Below, one piece after another: positions 1 to 14,790 of a stretch of 64,000 nt of DNA (position 1 is the stretch's first letter; each line of letters begins with the position of its first letter). The notes below the pieces were generated by a model that saw only the letters and a list, made by a program, of their open reading frames with translations, searched no databases and had not been told where the DNA came from. The translations under genes and the position numbers were made by a program. The stretch covers positions 187,736,001 to 187,800,000 of the forward strand of contig OZ024740.1 in the NCBI GenBank assembly GCA_964016885.1. Direction: 5' to 3'. This DNA comes from Eledone cirrhosa (Eukaryota).

Positions 1-590
1 AATGAATTGAGAGAGAGACTAAGCATAAGCGGTATCAAATGTTGTGTGCAGGAGAGGAGATTGCGTTGGTATGGACATGTGATGTGTATGAAGGACAACA
101 GCTGTATAAAAAAGTGCAGAGTGATCAAAATTTATGGAAGCTTCAGAGTAGGTAGACCAAGAAAAACCTGGGATCAGGTGATAATAACCGACCTTGCTCA
201 CTTACACCTTTCTAAGACAATGTCACTGGATTGAGATCTTTGGCCCTATGCAGTTATACAGAAAACAGGCTTCCCAATCATACAAACTTAAATCTACTGT
301 CAGTAGACACCTCTTAACCAAATATACACCCCACCCCACGCACCCTTCTCCATCCTCCCATTTCCGTCCACTGTAATGTGGTTGTGTAGGTGACACGTCA
401 AAAAGCACCTAGTCCACACTGTAAATGTGGTTTGTGTTAGGAAGGGCATCCAGCCGCAGAAAACCTGCCAGAAACAGTTCTGTATGAGGCAGACATGGTC
501 TCCCGACCAATCTCGCCTCAAGTGGGACAAAACCACTCAACCCATGCTAGCATGGAAGATTGGTGTTAAACGATGTTGATGATGATGATT
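1..590 (+). mobile_element. RTE-clade LINE, 3' end (ORF2 C-terminus, 3' UTR, (GAT)n tail)
   Basis: ORF 7-234 reads VQERRLRWYGHVM...GRPRKTW, the RTE ORF2 C-terminal motif. The 3' UTR has ttaggaagggcatccagc...cccatgctagcatggaa and ends gatgatgat. Homologous to 62945-63545. Confidence 0.85.
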
Positions 591-2119
591 ATATATATAT
601 GAGAGAGAGAGAGATCAAAATATCTGAAGATTAAGGATTTATGTACACATCGTGTTATATAGGAAAAGTAATAATAAAGATTTGAAAAAAAGCACCCAAT
701 TTATTTTATTTAATATATATATATATAAATATATATATACATATATATAATATATATACTACGTGTATGGTACACATGCAAGAAAAATTGAGATAAAAAA
801 GAATAGTTTTTGTACGTAACTGGTTTCACTTAAACAGCTTTCCAAAAGTTTTTTCATTCCTAGCTTTCTAAGTTTCCATTCATAATGTTATCATTGCTTA
901 TAAGCAATGTATTTTGTGAACATAATTTTAGCTTACAAATCATTGATTCATTGCATTTCCAACAATAATGACAAAAGAATTTCAGTGCAATTTGGGTAGA
1001 ATAAATACCACGAGGTATTTATGTTTTAATACATTGGATTTTCAGTTTTCTTGCCAATGTTTACTCCTTTAACTGATATAGATTGACACAAGATATGCAC
1101 ATGCAAATACCTTAAAGCTGATTACTATTTTGTTTGTTGCTGAAGGGATCTGATACCAATACAGAACATTTACAAAAGAAATACAGTGGGTCTTGAATAT
1201 GTTTAGACACAAGCACAAGATGGGTGATTAATATAATTAAGTACATGAGAAAAATGATATATCTCTGGATATAAGAAAAACAATATAATATAATTATAAT
1301 GTTAATTACAATTCGAAAAACATTTATATTATGACAATAAAAAAGGAAAAAAAGAACAAAATTAAAAGGAAAACTGAATTCCAAACGAACTTAAACAAGA
1401 AACAATCCACCACTTTATTTTCAGCTACCCAGTTCTCACAAAAACTGAATATATTCAAAGATACTACTCAGCATATAACTGTATCTGTTGGACAAAGGAT
1501 TGGTAGACACTTTCCCATAAAATTGGAAGCATGTAATGTAAGCATACACCGAATCTAGTATATGGTTTGGGCAAGAATGATGATATTGGCAAAATTACTA
1601 AATAGATCTACAACTATACTATTGTAGAACTGGGAGAAGCAAGTTGCTTTTGGTGTCTCAGAGTAATTTGAAGTCATGTGGGATGGCATTCTACTGGAAA
1701 CATAGGGTCTAACCTGGGATAAGGCATGACAGCCCAGTAATCATAATCACTTCAATGATATGTATGTTAGCAAATTTCAGGGGCAATGATGATGATGATG
1801 ATAATAATATTAATAATAATAATAGGATTGTAGAGATAACGAAAATGTATAGATTAAAACTAGAAGCAATCTCTGTAATAAGTGCTTGGGAATGAGAAAA
1901 AAAATCTACTCAAAGACATAATTACATGCACAGTACTTTTACATAAACACGACACACACAGAAAATAGCAATACTAGATTCTGTATATACATTGTGTAAA
2001 ATACTTTCAAAACGAAAATAAATCAATGCACATATCCAAGGTACACAGTGCAGTGAAAGAATGCAATAAAAATATGACTACTGAAATATAATATTCATTA
2101 TTTCTAACATATAAACTAG

Positions 2120-2970
2120 CCAGCAAATTCAGGGAGAGGAATGACAGGATTGACATACACAACTGGGTTGGAAGTGGTGTCTTGACTGGCAGGTGTAGGA
2201 TCAATTAGCTGGAATTTGCTGGTGACATGGTATTACTTAACTCATTAGAAGGTGATCTCCAACATGCACTTGATATGTTTTATGCCAAATGCTGCATGGC
2301 TTGAGTGAATATCAGTGTTGCAAAGACTGAGCTACACATCCTCTCAAGGAATCCTGCACAGTGCACACTACATGTGAATGGAGTTCCATTGAAGCAGGTG
2401 GAGAAGTTCAAGTATCTTTGGGCTATGTTCTTGAGTAATGGAAGGTTGGAGGCTTAATTATGTGCAAGAATTGCAGAAGCAGGTGAATTAATGTGCCAGC
2501 TTCAGCATTTGGTAATCAGAAGGGGAGGTAAGTGTAAAGAAAAAAAATGGTATCTTCAATTCGATATTCGTGCCAACCATTACTTATGGTTATACATCTT
2601 GGGTAAGGACCAAAAGAATATGAACACGAAAACAAGTGGCCAAAAGGGGGTTCCTCCGAAGTGTCTTTGCAGTAACGTTACTTGATAGAGTGCATAGCTC
2701 AAGAATCAGAGTTATTCCAGTGTGAGCTGCTACTGCACCAATACTATGGGCATATAGTTAGAATGTCTCAGAAAATAATTACTGGGGAGATTTTATGGGT
2801 AAGAATGTCTGGTAGGAGACCCAAACAAGATAGTTGCATAACATTCATAAGCTCAGCTGGTCTCACTTGGGGATCCAGCCAGATCAACTGGAGATGGTTG
2901 CTTCTAACAGGCCCTACTCCAAGGTGTTTGAAACTCTGGCCCCTACAACCCTCTCAGAAATAAGTGGGAA
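2120..2970 (+). mobile_element. Decayed RTE-like LINE RT/C-terminal fragment
   Basis: Manual translation gives LEFAGDMVLL..DLQHALD (degenerate FADD region), ISVAKTE, KQVEKFKYL, YYGHIVRM and GRRPK, with multiple stops and frameshifts. Confidence 0.65.
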
Positions 2971-5325
2971 AAGAAGGAATATCAGTAAAATTGACACCCA
3001 TACTTTATTGGTACACTTTATTTTATTGACCATGGAAGAAGGAATAGCAGTTTGACTTTGGCAGAATTTGTTTTTAGAATGGAAATTGCTGGAACAAATA
3101 TGGCAACCACTGCCTTGGGAATAAGTAAAAAACAAAAAAAATCAATATGCAGACAAATACATAATCAAAGCCATGGGGTTTGCATATTTATACATCATGC
3201 AGGAAATAGCACTACAATACCCTGCACATATATTATGTAGTGTGCCTTCAATACAAGAGAAAAAAGCAGAGGAAAATAACATGCACCCAGGGCACAAACA
3301 GATGCACCCTTTTTGCAGGGAAAATGTGCAATCAAAAGATGGCTATTGTGATGATGATGATACTGATAATAATTGTTCCTACATTTGGCTCAAACTGGCA
3401 ATTTGAAAGGGGGGGAGTTGATTAAATCGACTGCAGTACATTAATGGCACTTTATTTCATCGGACCCATGAGGATGATCTGAACACAGAATCTAAAGGGA
3501 TGTAACTATATGCTACAAAACGTGTTGTCAGTCAATTTACTGCTACTGATTACTGATGATGTAATGATAATGATATTATTATTATTTGCAAGAATTTATC
3601 ACTCATTGCTTTAAAAATATTGAATTTCATAATGCTAACTTCTTAAGGCCTATACAGAATAGTTTTCAAAACTGGCATTTATTATTTATTTGTTAAGATA
3701 ACATATTTTTATCATTGAATGTGTAACACTAGTTATGGAAAGTGCATATAAAGCAGAAAATATAAAATAATATTTTGTAGCCAATTTTGTTTGACTTAAA
3801 CTTTTCTATATACTTCCTTCTTTTTCTGTATAGCTTTTTACTTAGCTCTTTGTGCAAGAGAAAATACTTACTTTGTGAAAGTTATTGGGTTCGCTTTTAC
3901 TTTTCAATATGTGATTAAAACATTAGTGTTGATTTTCATTGGTTATTCCTTTGGAATTATGGCTAAATCAACTTAACATTCTTGATTAATTAATTTACTT
4001 TTTTATTCCATATATTGCTATTTCTTTATTGTAATATAATTTTTTTAATTTTGATATTGGATGGAAGTTTGTAAAATGCATTTCTCATAAGTTTCTGCCA
4101 GAGAGTACCCATTAATATTATATTTTAGCTAATTGACTGGAAACTGAAATATTTCATGTTAAATGCTATAAAGGATATATTAAGTAAACAAGATAAAATG
4201 TGAAAATTGCATGTAAAGTTCAAGCTTTGCGTTAATAAGAGTGATAAAAGGCAAGAAACCAATAATAAGAAAAAAACAGCCATAGAACATTCTGAATACT
4301 TTTTCCAGAAAATATGGCTAATTAGCTAATGTATACTAACATGAATAAATGTAGATTATTGTAGATGGGTAAAGTGTGGAAGGGTAACAAAATCAAATTT
4401 TTGTTGGAAACAATGAACTATTGCTGCAAGAAGGTACTTGAACAAAATTGTTTGTGAATTATCATTTATTATAGAACACATTAACCCAAATGATAAGCAA
4501 TTTTGTGTAATAATATTTGTTGGCATTGAGAAAATATACTATCAATATTTAAAAAAGGATAAACTTGTAATATTCTTCTGCATGTACTAGTTAGCCAAAA
4601 AAGGGCTGTAATAACTATATGCACAAAAATACTATGGGATATTTGAGGACAAGAAGCATATTATGAGGAGATACCAAGATTTAGGTGTATCGGAATCATA
4701 AATAATAATATATGTAGTTATAGTCTGGTATGTATGGTTGTGGCTATCATTCTTCATTGTGAATAATGTCTTAAAGACATTAAACTGAGATTGCAATTTC
4801 AAAGATGATAGAATTTAAGGGAGATTTGATTCTACATTGATTAGTGGATAATCCAAGATGAATGTAAATTCGAACCATGCTTTAATCTATTAAGTTATAT
4901 TGGCATCTACTCACAGATGTCATAGGTAGTGCATTCAGAAAAAAATATTTGAATCGTCTGGGAAAATAGTGTTTGCTAGGTATCAGAAATAAAAATTATT
5001 GTGAAAGACAAACAGGTGATACTTAAGAATGCATAATGCTTCAGTTTTTCAGTGTGTAGTCTACATTCTATTCTGGTGATTGCAATTTTATTGGATTAAA
5101 TGGAAATGTGAATAACCCAACATTATTGCCAATTTATATCAGACATTAATTTACTAAACAGTTCACTGGTATCTACTGGTAGTTTGTAGAAATCATAGTT
5201 AACAGTAGAATTTATAGTAGCAGTAGCAGATAGTGATTACAACATCTCATGAGATTCAGCCACTTATAGTATTATGATACAATATTATTTACTTACAATT
5301 TTTACAAGCAGAATGAGTAATATGC

Positions 5326-5603
5326 TGACTGGCACTCCGTCAGTTACGATGATGAGTGTTCCAGTTGATCTGTTGAAACGAACAGCCTGCACGTGAAATT
5401 AACATGCAAGTGGCTGAGCATTCCAGACATGCATACCCATAACTTAATTCTTAGGAATGTTACAAGGTTGGCCATTCAAACTACAGGCACAAGTCATTTT
5501 TGCCAGTTCAGTCAACTGGAGCAACATGAAATAACCAGGAATTGAACTAATAAACTTACGGTTATAAACTGAATACCCTAAACACAACGTCTTGCACCTT
5601 CAC
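5326..5603 (-). mobile_element. tRNA-derived SINE, decayed
   Basis: Minus strand has a tRNA-like head (gtgaaggtgc...tagggtattcag...agttcaattcctgg, B-box-like). It continues atttcatgttgctccagttgactgaactg, similar to the body at 63846-63874. Confidence 0.55.
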
Positions 5604-6301
5604 ATAGATTGAGTAAAATTTATGTAGTAGCCCCCTTGTTGATTTGTGCTTCTTAGGGTCAGATATATTACATTACTTGCAGTAAAGCTATTATATATCA
5701 TGATTTATGAAGTGGCTATGACAGGTGTAGGAAATTGACTACCCTGCTTTGACATTGTCTCCTTACATATGATGTGTGTTAGAAGATTGATTGTAATATG
5801 ATTGTATCATAAAAATGCAACATGATTGTGTATGTGAAGAATAAAGATTATAGAGGAATGTGTTTAGAAGTTGTTGGATGTTAAGTCTGATTTTTTTTAC
5901 GAGACAAGTTGAGAATGAAGAAATTGATTAAGATACTGAGTATTAGGCATCAGTCACTATGTGAAAGACTATGTATTGTTCGAGCCAACTTTATTGCACT
6001 GAATAAAGAAGTTAGATCCCACCCGATGAGGGTAGGACTCAGAGAGGAAATAATAAGTTCAGGATGTATTGCAGGTTCATTAAAATATTTTTATGATGAC
6101 TGGATTATATTGTGCTAGCAGTTTTGATATTAAATTTCAATATCAATCATAATTTTTGCATCATTGTGTCTGTAATTGCAATAGTATATAAACTGTCTTG
6201 CTCAGGATATACATTAGACTAATAATATTTAGGATAGATACATTTATTTATGTTTGTATGGAGAAAATACTAAAGTGGTAGTGTAACATATATATATATA
6301 T

Positions 6302-6795
6302 GGTAAATTTCTTTTAGTCGTTTGGAAGCCTTGATAATGAAAATGGGTAAATCTCCGGGTAACAAGATCCGGTGGTGGGGAGAGAGATGTAAGTGGGTGT
6401 ACGTTGAGATGCGTGGCGTGTATAAGACGTGTAGAGGAATGAAGGAAAAGCATAAAGGATAAAATAAAAATAACAACACGAGAGAGAGTTACCTTGGGAG
6501 AGATTTAATTGTCTCTATATATTTCGGATTCACATCCATCAACTGGGTTTTTTTTTCCCGGGTAACTCTCTCTCGTGTTGTTATTTTAATTTTATCCTTT
6601 ATGCTCTTTCATTCATTCCTCTACACGTCTTATACATGCTACACATCTCAACGTACACCCACTTACATCGCTCTGTCCACCACCGGATCTTGTTACCCAG
6701 AGATTTACCCATTTGCATTGTCGAGGCTTCCAAACGACTTAAAGAAATTTACCTTATTATTCCACAATGCTTCAAGCAAACTTCAATACTCTCTT
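6302..6795. repeat. Fold-back insertion in (TA)n: ~190-bp inverted arms plus 42-bp one-sided tail (probable PLE pLTR remnant, family D)
   Basis: 6302-6494 is the reverse complement of 6559-6753 with scattered mismatches. Unique tail at 6754-6795. TA runs on both sides. Confidence 0.75.
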
Positions 6796-7081
6796 ATATA
6801 TATATATAAGTCCATTTCAGAATAATACCAAAAGTGACCGGGTGTATAAGCCCATCAAATACATGTTTCTTTCTGGATGTTTGGATGATGAGGGTCCAAT
6901 TAGGTCTAAATACCAATTAAAGGTGTTCTTGTCATTTTTTTGATTTACAGGAAAATTCGTATTTTTCTGGCTTGTTTACCTGTCTACTTATTAGATATGT
7001 GTAAATTTATATACACATTGGTATGGTCTCAGTTACCCCATCTCTATTTATACAGATAGAAATTTATATATATATATATAT

Positions 7082-8901
7082 AGTAATAATAATAAAATTG
7101 AAGACTAAAATCCAAAGAGGGCTCGATAAGGAAAATATATATCAAATATATAAGAACCGTAGAGCAAATATTTATTAAAATAACAGATTAAAGTTTAAGC
7201 AAAGAATCGCTGCTTTCACCCTTAACGGGATCTTCTGAAACTAACAAAGTCAATCTGTAAACGCAGAACTGGATATTTCAAAAAACGTTGCAACCGGAGG
7301 AAGACAGGAAGACGATACTTTGGTTCGTGGTAACGTTCGCTGGCAAAGAACGGGAAAAAACGAATAATACGTCATTAATAGGAGCGGTGAAAAACAATTA
7401 CGCGCAAAGACAAAACCACGTTTATGGTATAAAAGATGTCGTAGACTAATGTTCTCTTAAGTGGTGCATAGAGACGTTCTCTGGCAATGAACGAAAAAAC
7501 GAAGATAATAAGTCATATGTGGAGCGTGGAGAACAATAGCACGCAAAGACAAAACCACGTAAATGGTATAGCAGAAATCGTAGACTAAAATTCTAACTAG
7601 GAGACCAAATGAATCTCCGCTACAGAGTTAAGAACAAAGTAAATAAATACAATACAGAAGTAATAGAAACAAATAAATACATACACGCAAACAGATACGT
7701 ACATACACAAGCATACGCAAAACCTTACCATGGGTATACAAAACCACGCACATATAAATATGTGTGTGTGTGTATGCTTGTGTACAAATAGATAAATAAT
7801 TATATAAAATTATATAAGTAAATAAATACGTATATAACAAGCGCACACGCATACCTACATATAAATACACGAATGTTCGGAGACGTAAGTCAACTAAAAC
7901 AAGAAGTACACATATACACACACCCACCATACGTACGAACCTGCACACTGACGCGGACGCAAAACTCCCGTATACACATAGCCAAACCCTAAATACCAAA
8001 ATATGTAAAAATGATACGCTATAACAGTCAAGTATACGTACGAGAAGGTATACATACCTTCACAAAACATACGGGTAATATATACTTACCTATGCAAATA
8101 AGTAAAGGAATAAACAAAACATATACTTAGCTCCCACATCAAGACGTAAAATATCCAGTATAGATCGTGGTATCCGTTAGGGTATAACGTGGGGCTGTAA
8201 TACAGGAAAGTTTAGTGCAATTTATGTTTACAAGCCGAAATTGCCTCAGATTTTTGGTTTAAGATGTGGTCTGTAGCGTAGAGTATTTCCAGGGCCTCAG
8301 CGGCGCAGAGGTCACATGGTCTTTTATTTCCGTTATACGATCTAGCCCTAGCTAGGATCTCCCAGTGTAACTTATATTGGGTGTGGTTGTCTTTTAGACT
8401 CCAGATATAAGCTGAAAGTGACGTCATATTCCTTCTTAGAGGGTAACGAAAAGAATGGGTATGCATGTAAAAACGCTGCTTGAAACTATTGGCGGTTAAC
8501 CCTATGTAGGCCCTACGGGACGTGGGTGTTACAACCTTACATTTGTAGACAATGTTACTAGAGAGGCATTTCCCGGATAGGGGGCAATCAGCCCGATTCC
8601 TACAATTACAGTTAGTACTAACTACAGGGTTGCACGTGTTCCTACGGCTAGGTAGTTTAGCTAAATTTGAAGCTGTGATGTTATGTGCAAGGTTAGGAGT
8701 CGTAGAGTAAGAAATTTTAATAGTATTTCTATTAAAAATTTTACTATATTTATGTGTAGGGGGAACATGCTTCATAATAAGGGAAAGAAAGATCTTAGCT
8801 AATGGTGTGGCCACCTCCATATTATATGGTGGGTTAAACCAACAAATGCGACGGGATCTATTTCTTCTAGGTCTATTTTCGTACTCTGTAATATAATAAA
8901 T
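7082..8901 (-). mobile_element. Penelope-like element family A, 5'-truncated: GIY-YIG endonuclease, 3' UTR/pLTR and tail
   Basis: ORF 8212-8820 has [15 protein letters not shown] (CxCx5Cx5C), NIVY...AYIGLT..FKQR..H, CDLC and CKH. Near-identical to 21745-23503. Flanked by (TA)n. Confidence 0.9.
7192..7242 (-). ncRNA. Hammerhead ribozyme-like motif (type I) with variant core CAGAAGA
   Basis: Minus strand reads AGTTT-CAGAAGA-tCCC gttaa GGGt-GAAA-GCA gcgattctt TGC-TT-AAACT. Stems I, II and III pair. Same motif at 23432-23480. Confidence 0.65.
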
Positions 8902-8924
8902 ATATATATATATATATATATATG

Positions 8925-9185
8925 TATCATCATCATCATCATCTTTGTTTAACGTCCATCTTTCACACTAGCATGGGTTAGACGGAAGTTGTCCCACTTG
9001 AGGCAAGATTGGTTGGGTGACCTTTGTTTCGCTCATATAGGACTATCTGGCAGGTTTTCTACAGCTGGATGCCCTTCCTAACACCAACCAAATTTACAGT
9101 GTGGAACTGGGAACTTTTTACTGTGTTACCTACATGGCCCCATTACAGCGTGGACTGTGTGTCTTTTTGTTGTGTCACCTACACA
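8925..9185 (-). mobile_element. RTE-type 3' tail / SINE tail
   Basis: Begins with (CAT)n, then ctagcatgggttagacgg and cagctggatgcccttcctaacacc, the reverse complement of the tail at 400-590. Confidence 0.7.
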
Positions 9186-11714
9186 ATGTATATATATATT
9201 ATTAGAATATTTTGTGATACAATTATAAATATCTAAAATGAAATAAACAAAATACTTTTAAATATTATGTTGATGTTACACCACATAAAAATGTATTATT
9301 AAAAACATAGTTATTTCCAAGACTTTTACAAACCTTCAAAGTAGCTCACTTTATTTTTGTTTAAATGGCTTATCTTTGGATTGTTTGGTTTTGGTTTCTA
9401 ACACTTAACAATTGAACCACTATGTTATACTGATTATCAGTTTATTGGTTTCCATGGAAATAGGAGGTAAGATAAAGCCAGTAAAATTCCTTAAAAGGTT
9501 TTATAGTATTGTTTTGTAATATTGATCAATACACATTTTTTAAAGTGTTTCTCTTTTCTTTAATTAGACTGTTTGGAAGCATCGAAAAAGTTTTATGAAA
9601 GAGTAAATCTTCAAATCATGTGATAGTTGTATTTAACTTTGCTGAATGATATTAGTCTATCTTATTTTATTTTTTCACTTTTATCTTCAAGTAATACATC
9701 ATGTAATCTTATTTTATTATTTGTTTTCTGTCCAATAGTGTATGTTCAATGACCTGTGCATTATTTCCATTTACAATTCCTACAAAATTGACAATGCTAA
9801 AGTAATTCACTACAAAGAGTTATTCGTTTCTTTTAGCATTAGGGTACAATCGACATAACTTGAAAGGATAAATCTTTGGATTAAGTTATTGAATCAAGCA
9901 AGTATAGAATTGAGAAACGATTTTGTTCATTCTATATTGGTTCCAGCTATCTTTGAGAAGACCATTAATAAGCTCTGTTTAGTTTCCTACAAAACCAGAA
10001 TCTTCAATTCAATAAGATGTAAAAATGGCTGTTGGAAATCGGAAAAGAACATAACAGTGCCAAATATATGCTTTAAATATGTCAATGTAAATCTGTTTGA
10101 ATTTAATGTTCATTTTTAATGGCTTTAGTGAAATACTGAATTGATGGCTACATCTCACATTATAGATCTTTATTTAACTATAAAAAATGTGAGTTATATC
10201 TAACTCTGTGAAGGGGAAGAATGGTTTCAGTAACATGAAGAAATGCATAAAATTCTAATTATTGCATTTGATATTTTGAGCTCAAAATATTCCAGCAAAA
10301 CACTTTCAATATGATAACATAGTAAAAACCTTTCTAAGTATGTAACAATTATCACTTTCAACTAAAGTTAAATATGTCTGATTGTTAAATGAAAATTGGA
10401 TTAACTTTTTGATAACAGTTTTAGTTTCAAAATACTTACCTATACAACCTAAAATTGGACTGTGTATATATCTCATTCTTTCCTTCTAATATCAGTTTGT
10501 CTGTTTAGATTTTTGTTTAATTATTCATTTATTTTATTGAAGATATTTAATGTTGATTAAATTTTATGACATTCATATTTGAAAGAAATTTTTGTATGAC
10601 AAAAATTCAGTCAGTCAACTCTGTAAGGTGGTTGTGTTAGCAACATGATAAAAAGCACCCAGTCCACGTTGTAAGATTTGGAATTAGGAAAAGCACCCAG
10701 CTAAAGATAACCAAGCCCCAAATAGTTTATATGTATAAGCCATGGTTTTGTGACCTGACTAACTTCATAACATGACAGCTCGTCTAACCCATGCAAGCAA
10801 AGAAAATAGATATTAAATGGAGATGATGAAAGAAAATACTGTAGTAAATTTTATCAACTGTATATCTCCCCTACAAATGTCAGTATATAAATTTATGTTC
10901 AATGATATTGTGGGTCTCTTATTTTCATGCACTGTCGTATGACTATGACATCTAACTTCTTTATACATTTACTAATTTCTAATATTAAAGTATCTACCAA
11001 CATTATTGATATATCTGAACTAAGATGTCTAAAATAAGAAAATGTGCTTAATTTCCTTATGAATTTCATGTAGTTTGCAGGCTATACCTGACACATTTTA
11101 TATCATGAATTTAGGGACTACATTATATAAAGATATAAACAGGAACAATATAAACAAATCTAACAGAAAAGCTTTACCTATTCAAAATAACTCAGTATTA
11201 CTTAAAGATATAAATTTGAGTGATGGACAAGTTTCATCTTTTGCAAACATAACTTGCAACAGGTGAATCTTGTATAATGGTGATCCTCAAGATTTATTAT
11301 TTAATCTCTGTATTTAGAGTCTTACCTATTTGCTTTCTGAATCATGAAAACTTTGACCAAGGAAAATTTATTTTCTGAAGATTCATTTAACATAATCTGT
11401 TACAGCCCAAAACATCTTGTGTTACTTCTATTTTTATTTGTAATTATTTTAGTTACTCTCACTCTGCTAATTTAGTCTTTTTGTTATATCTGGCATCCTT
11501 CATAAACTATGATAATACTGCTTACTGATATGTATTTCCAATGTAGTTCCTTTGATTAAATGTATTGTCATTCTCTTTGACTTTATTAATTCATTCACCT
11601 TTTGCTATATTCAATATGAATTATAGCTTAATGTTATATTGCTAATATACAATTTGTAATATACATTTTTATATTCTTTGTTGTATTGTCTCTTGTTCAT
11701 TTTCTTCTCAGTAG

Positions 11715-11872
11715 TTGATAGTCTACCTGCAGAATTGTTAGAACATCAGATAGAATGCTTTGAGGTATTCATTTTGGGTCTCTGTTCTCTGAGTTCAAAT
11801 CCCATTGAGGTAAACTTTGCCTTTCCTCCATCTGAGGTTGATAAGAAAATTTCCAGTTAAGTACTGGAGTCA
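11715..11872 (+). mobile_element. tRNA-derived SINE (same family as 37090-37260)
   Basis: B-box gagttcaaatcc followed by gaggtaaactttgcctttcctccatctgaggttgataa, matching the minus-strand copy at 37.1 kb. Confidence 0.6.
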
Positions 11873-13415
11873 ATTCTTCTATATCTCTTTCTCACTTTCA
11901 TTCTTTCACCCCCTATCTTCTCGAGAAAAAATCTACTCCCTTCAGACCTGGAGAGTTAATGGGCTCTGCATGATTTACAAAATGCCTTAGAAATGCATGT
12001 CAATATGGCACCCCTATGATTCCCTCGGGAGTTTGGGAATGTATACATGCAGTTGATAGTCTATATCATGCATACATGTATTTCATAGTCTATTTCCTTA
12101 ATTTGTAAATGTTCTTGATATTGGACCATATATAAATATATTAATAGTTTTGATATTTACAATTGTGTTTCTAAATATTATATGCCTTGAGACTGTTAGG
12201 TTTTTTAAGCACTATACGTAACTAATTCTTATATATTTAAAATACAAAGGATTATGACTCTATGCCACAAAGCAAGTTGTCCAATGCTTTACTGACACTA
12301 ACAATGCAATAATTAAAGTTTTAGAAATAATATTACAATGGTTATTTGCATTTGAAATGTTGGCCTTCTTAAAGTTGAAATTCAATGCATGTGAATATGT
12401 GTGTGTGTACATGCACACATGCAATTATGAACTATTTTTATTTATATTAAACTCTTATATTACACAAATTCAATGAAATCGTCTGGCTGCATTGAAATAT
12501 ATAATCGCTGTCTCTGGGGATAAATTTATTTAAAATTCTAGATGCTTGTAAATATCTATAGTAAAAATCCTACAGTTTCTAGTTACTGCAAACAGTTGAA
12601 GCTGTTTATGTCTTGAATGAACTACGAAAATGTTAGTTTAGATTTCCTACTATAATTTCTAATTAATTCTGTTTGAAAATGTATTTAATATATTTGTAAA
12701 GAGATATTTATTTGGTAAATATCCAGGTTAATATGATAGCATGCTTTTCAGTAAAAATAGTTTTGAATTCTAGTTGATACCTTCATCAGGTCTGACAAAT
12801 AAATTAGATTTCCTTTTTCATATTGTTTATGATGAATAGTAATGAAACTTGTGTAAACGTCCATGTAGAAAGTTAATTAATTCTGTATATGAGACCAGGT
12901 CAGATTTAGTCTTTATTAATTAATTTTCAATATACATATTTTCTAATTTTAATTTCATGTTGAAAGTTTTTTTAATAACTTTATTATACGTAATCGTTTT
13001 CATCATTTTGAAACTGTGATGATGATTAGAAAGTCTTAAACAGTAAATGAAAATTATGTAAAGGGCTGTACTTTAAATTAATTAATAAAGAAAATCTGAA
13101 TCTCTATCTTTATGTCTGTCTGCCTCTATATTTATCATAAGTGTGAGTATTTCTGTGAATAAGACATACAAGATAATGTATATCCGTATTGACAATACAA
13201 AAACTATGTTCTGAATTTACATTGTGCTCACAAATATTATTGGTTAAAATGTAATAACTTTAACTTATAGAATTTTATTTAAAATTGAAGATATTGATAT
13301 GATTTCTCCATTTTAAAAATACTAGTCTGTTCATGTGAAACAGATATATGTATGTATGTTTATGTGTGTCTGTACATGTTTGAGTATGTTTTCTATGCAT
13401 TCATTCTATCTAACC

Positions 13416-13418
<3 letters not shown>

Positions 13419-13482
<64 letters not shown>
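13419..13482. repeat. (TC)n microsatellite
   Basis: Uninterrupted tc run. Confidence 0.95.
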
Positions 13483-13485
<3 letters not shown>

Positions 13486-13619
13486 TTATATATATATGTT
13501 GAGTGTGAAGTGCCTCCTTATCTTTCATTGAAAATAATCACAAAAAAAAACTTCCAGGCAATCTATTGTCTTTATTTTTTATAGTAACATATACAATTTT
13601 TATCACTGTTAAGAAAAAT

Positions 13620-13885
13620 GCTCAAAATGACCATCTTCCAAAGATATGCACATATCAAATCTCTTCACAATATGGAAGGGGATTTCACTGGTTTTTCCAA
13701 TGAAGCATATGGGTTCTCACTGCCCCAAATAATTGGATTATGGCAATTGACTCTGCCATCAATACAGAAAGATGTTTCCTCACCAAATAACAAGCTTTTC
13801 AAAATTTGACCACTTTCACGGATCTTTTCTTTCAATTCAGTGTACATGGTAGCAGCCTTATCAGATGGAAACAGTTGTTGCACAT
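13620..13885 (-). pseudogene. Tc1/mariner-superfamily transposase remnant (first catalytic D region)
   Basis: LFGEETSFCIDGRVNCHNPIIWGSENPYASLEKPVKSP resembles the mariner-like FSDEAxFxLxGxVNxHNxxIWGSENP...SP block. The catalytic D is mutated and no TIRs are seen. Confidence 0.6.
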
Positions 13886-13934
13886 TTCATATATATACAT
13901 ACATACTTACATACATACATTCATACATACATGT

Positions 13935-14748
13935 AAGGTCCATTTTTCCACACTAGCATGTGTTAGATGAGTTGTCCTGTTGTGAGAAATTCCTGATCAG
14001 GTGACTGTGTTGCTCATACAGAACTGATTTGGGCTTGGTTTTTACAGCTGGATCTCCTTCCTAAATGCCAACCACATTTACACTAAGTGCTGGCTGCTTT
14101 TTATCAAGACACCTACATGACCAATTTGCAGTGGATTGGGGAGGTGGGCATTTGGGTGTGTGTGTTAGGGGCAGAGTATTAGGACATGGGAGGTAATAAA
14201 ATAGGTGTTGGTGGAGCATACTAGATGTATGTTTCAGCCTTTGCACATGGGAAGGCGGGTTTTCTGTATCATTGCATAATGCCAGAGATCTTAGTGCTGT
14301 TTCATTACCTTTGAGAGGTACAGTTGGGCAAGATCAGCTTTTATCACTTCATTCCAAGTCTTTCTGGATCTACCCACTCCATTACTTCCATCAACTTTCA
14401 GCATGCTGCACCTTTTTATACCACTGACATCTTTCATACACATCACATGTCCATACAGGCATAATCTCCACTTCTGTACACTGCATCAGATTAGATTTGT
14501 CTTATGCCTAGTTTTTCTCTATGTTCATCTATGCTTTGCTGTTCATGCATATTACTGTTACACATCCATTAGAGCATGCAAGCTTCTTTTCTTTCCAATC
14601 TTCGTAAGTCTTCTGCACACAGTGCCCAGGTCTCACTACTATGCCTTTCATTTTGAGGGAAAAGCCTGTTGTAGCTCCCTGAACTTCTTTCATCCCATTC
14701 TCACTGTGGCTACTGTACTTTTGAAACACCCACCTCCACTGCTAATTT

Positions 14749-14750
<2 letters not shown>
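13935..14750 (-). mobile_element. Decayed RTE LINE 3' part
   Basis: Minus strand is homologous to 62690-63540 (ggatgaagaagttcagggagctac, ctgtatggacatgtgatg, tail motif gaaggagatccagctgtaaaa). Confidence 0.7.

Positions 14751-14790
<40 letters not shown>

Noticed and set aside
1092-1266. Possible minus-strand host exon (ttttcttatatccag ... aag|gtattt)
   Set aside because: All three frames hit a stop within the putative exon and no protein is recognisable. It could be non-coding, but that is unsupported.
6511-6548. Hammerhead-like TTGATG-GATgtgaATCC-GAAATATATA on the minus strand
   Set aside because: Core is incomplete and stem I does not pair. Possibly a decayed ribozyme, but not callable.
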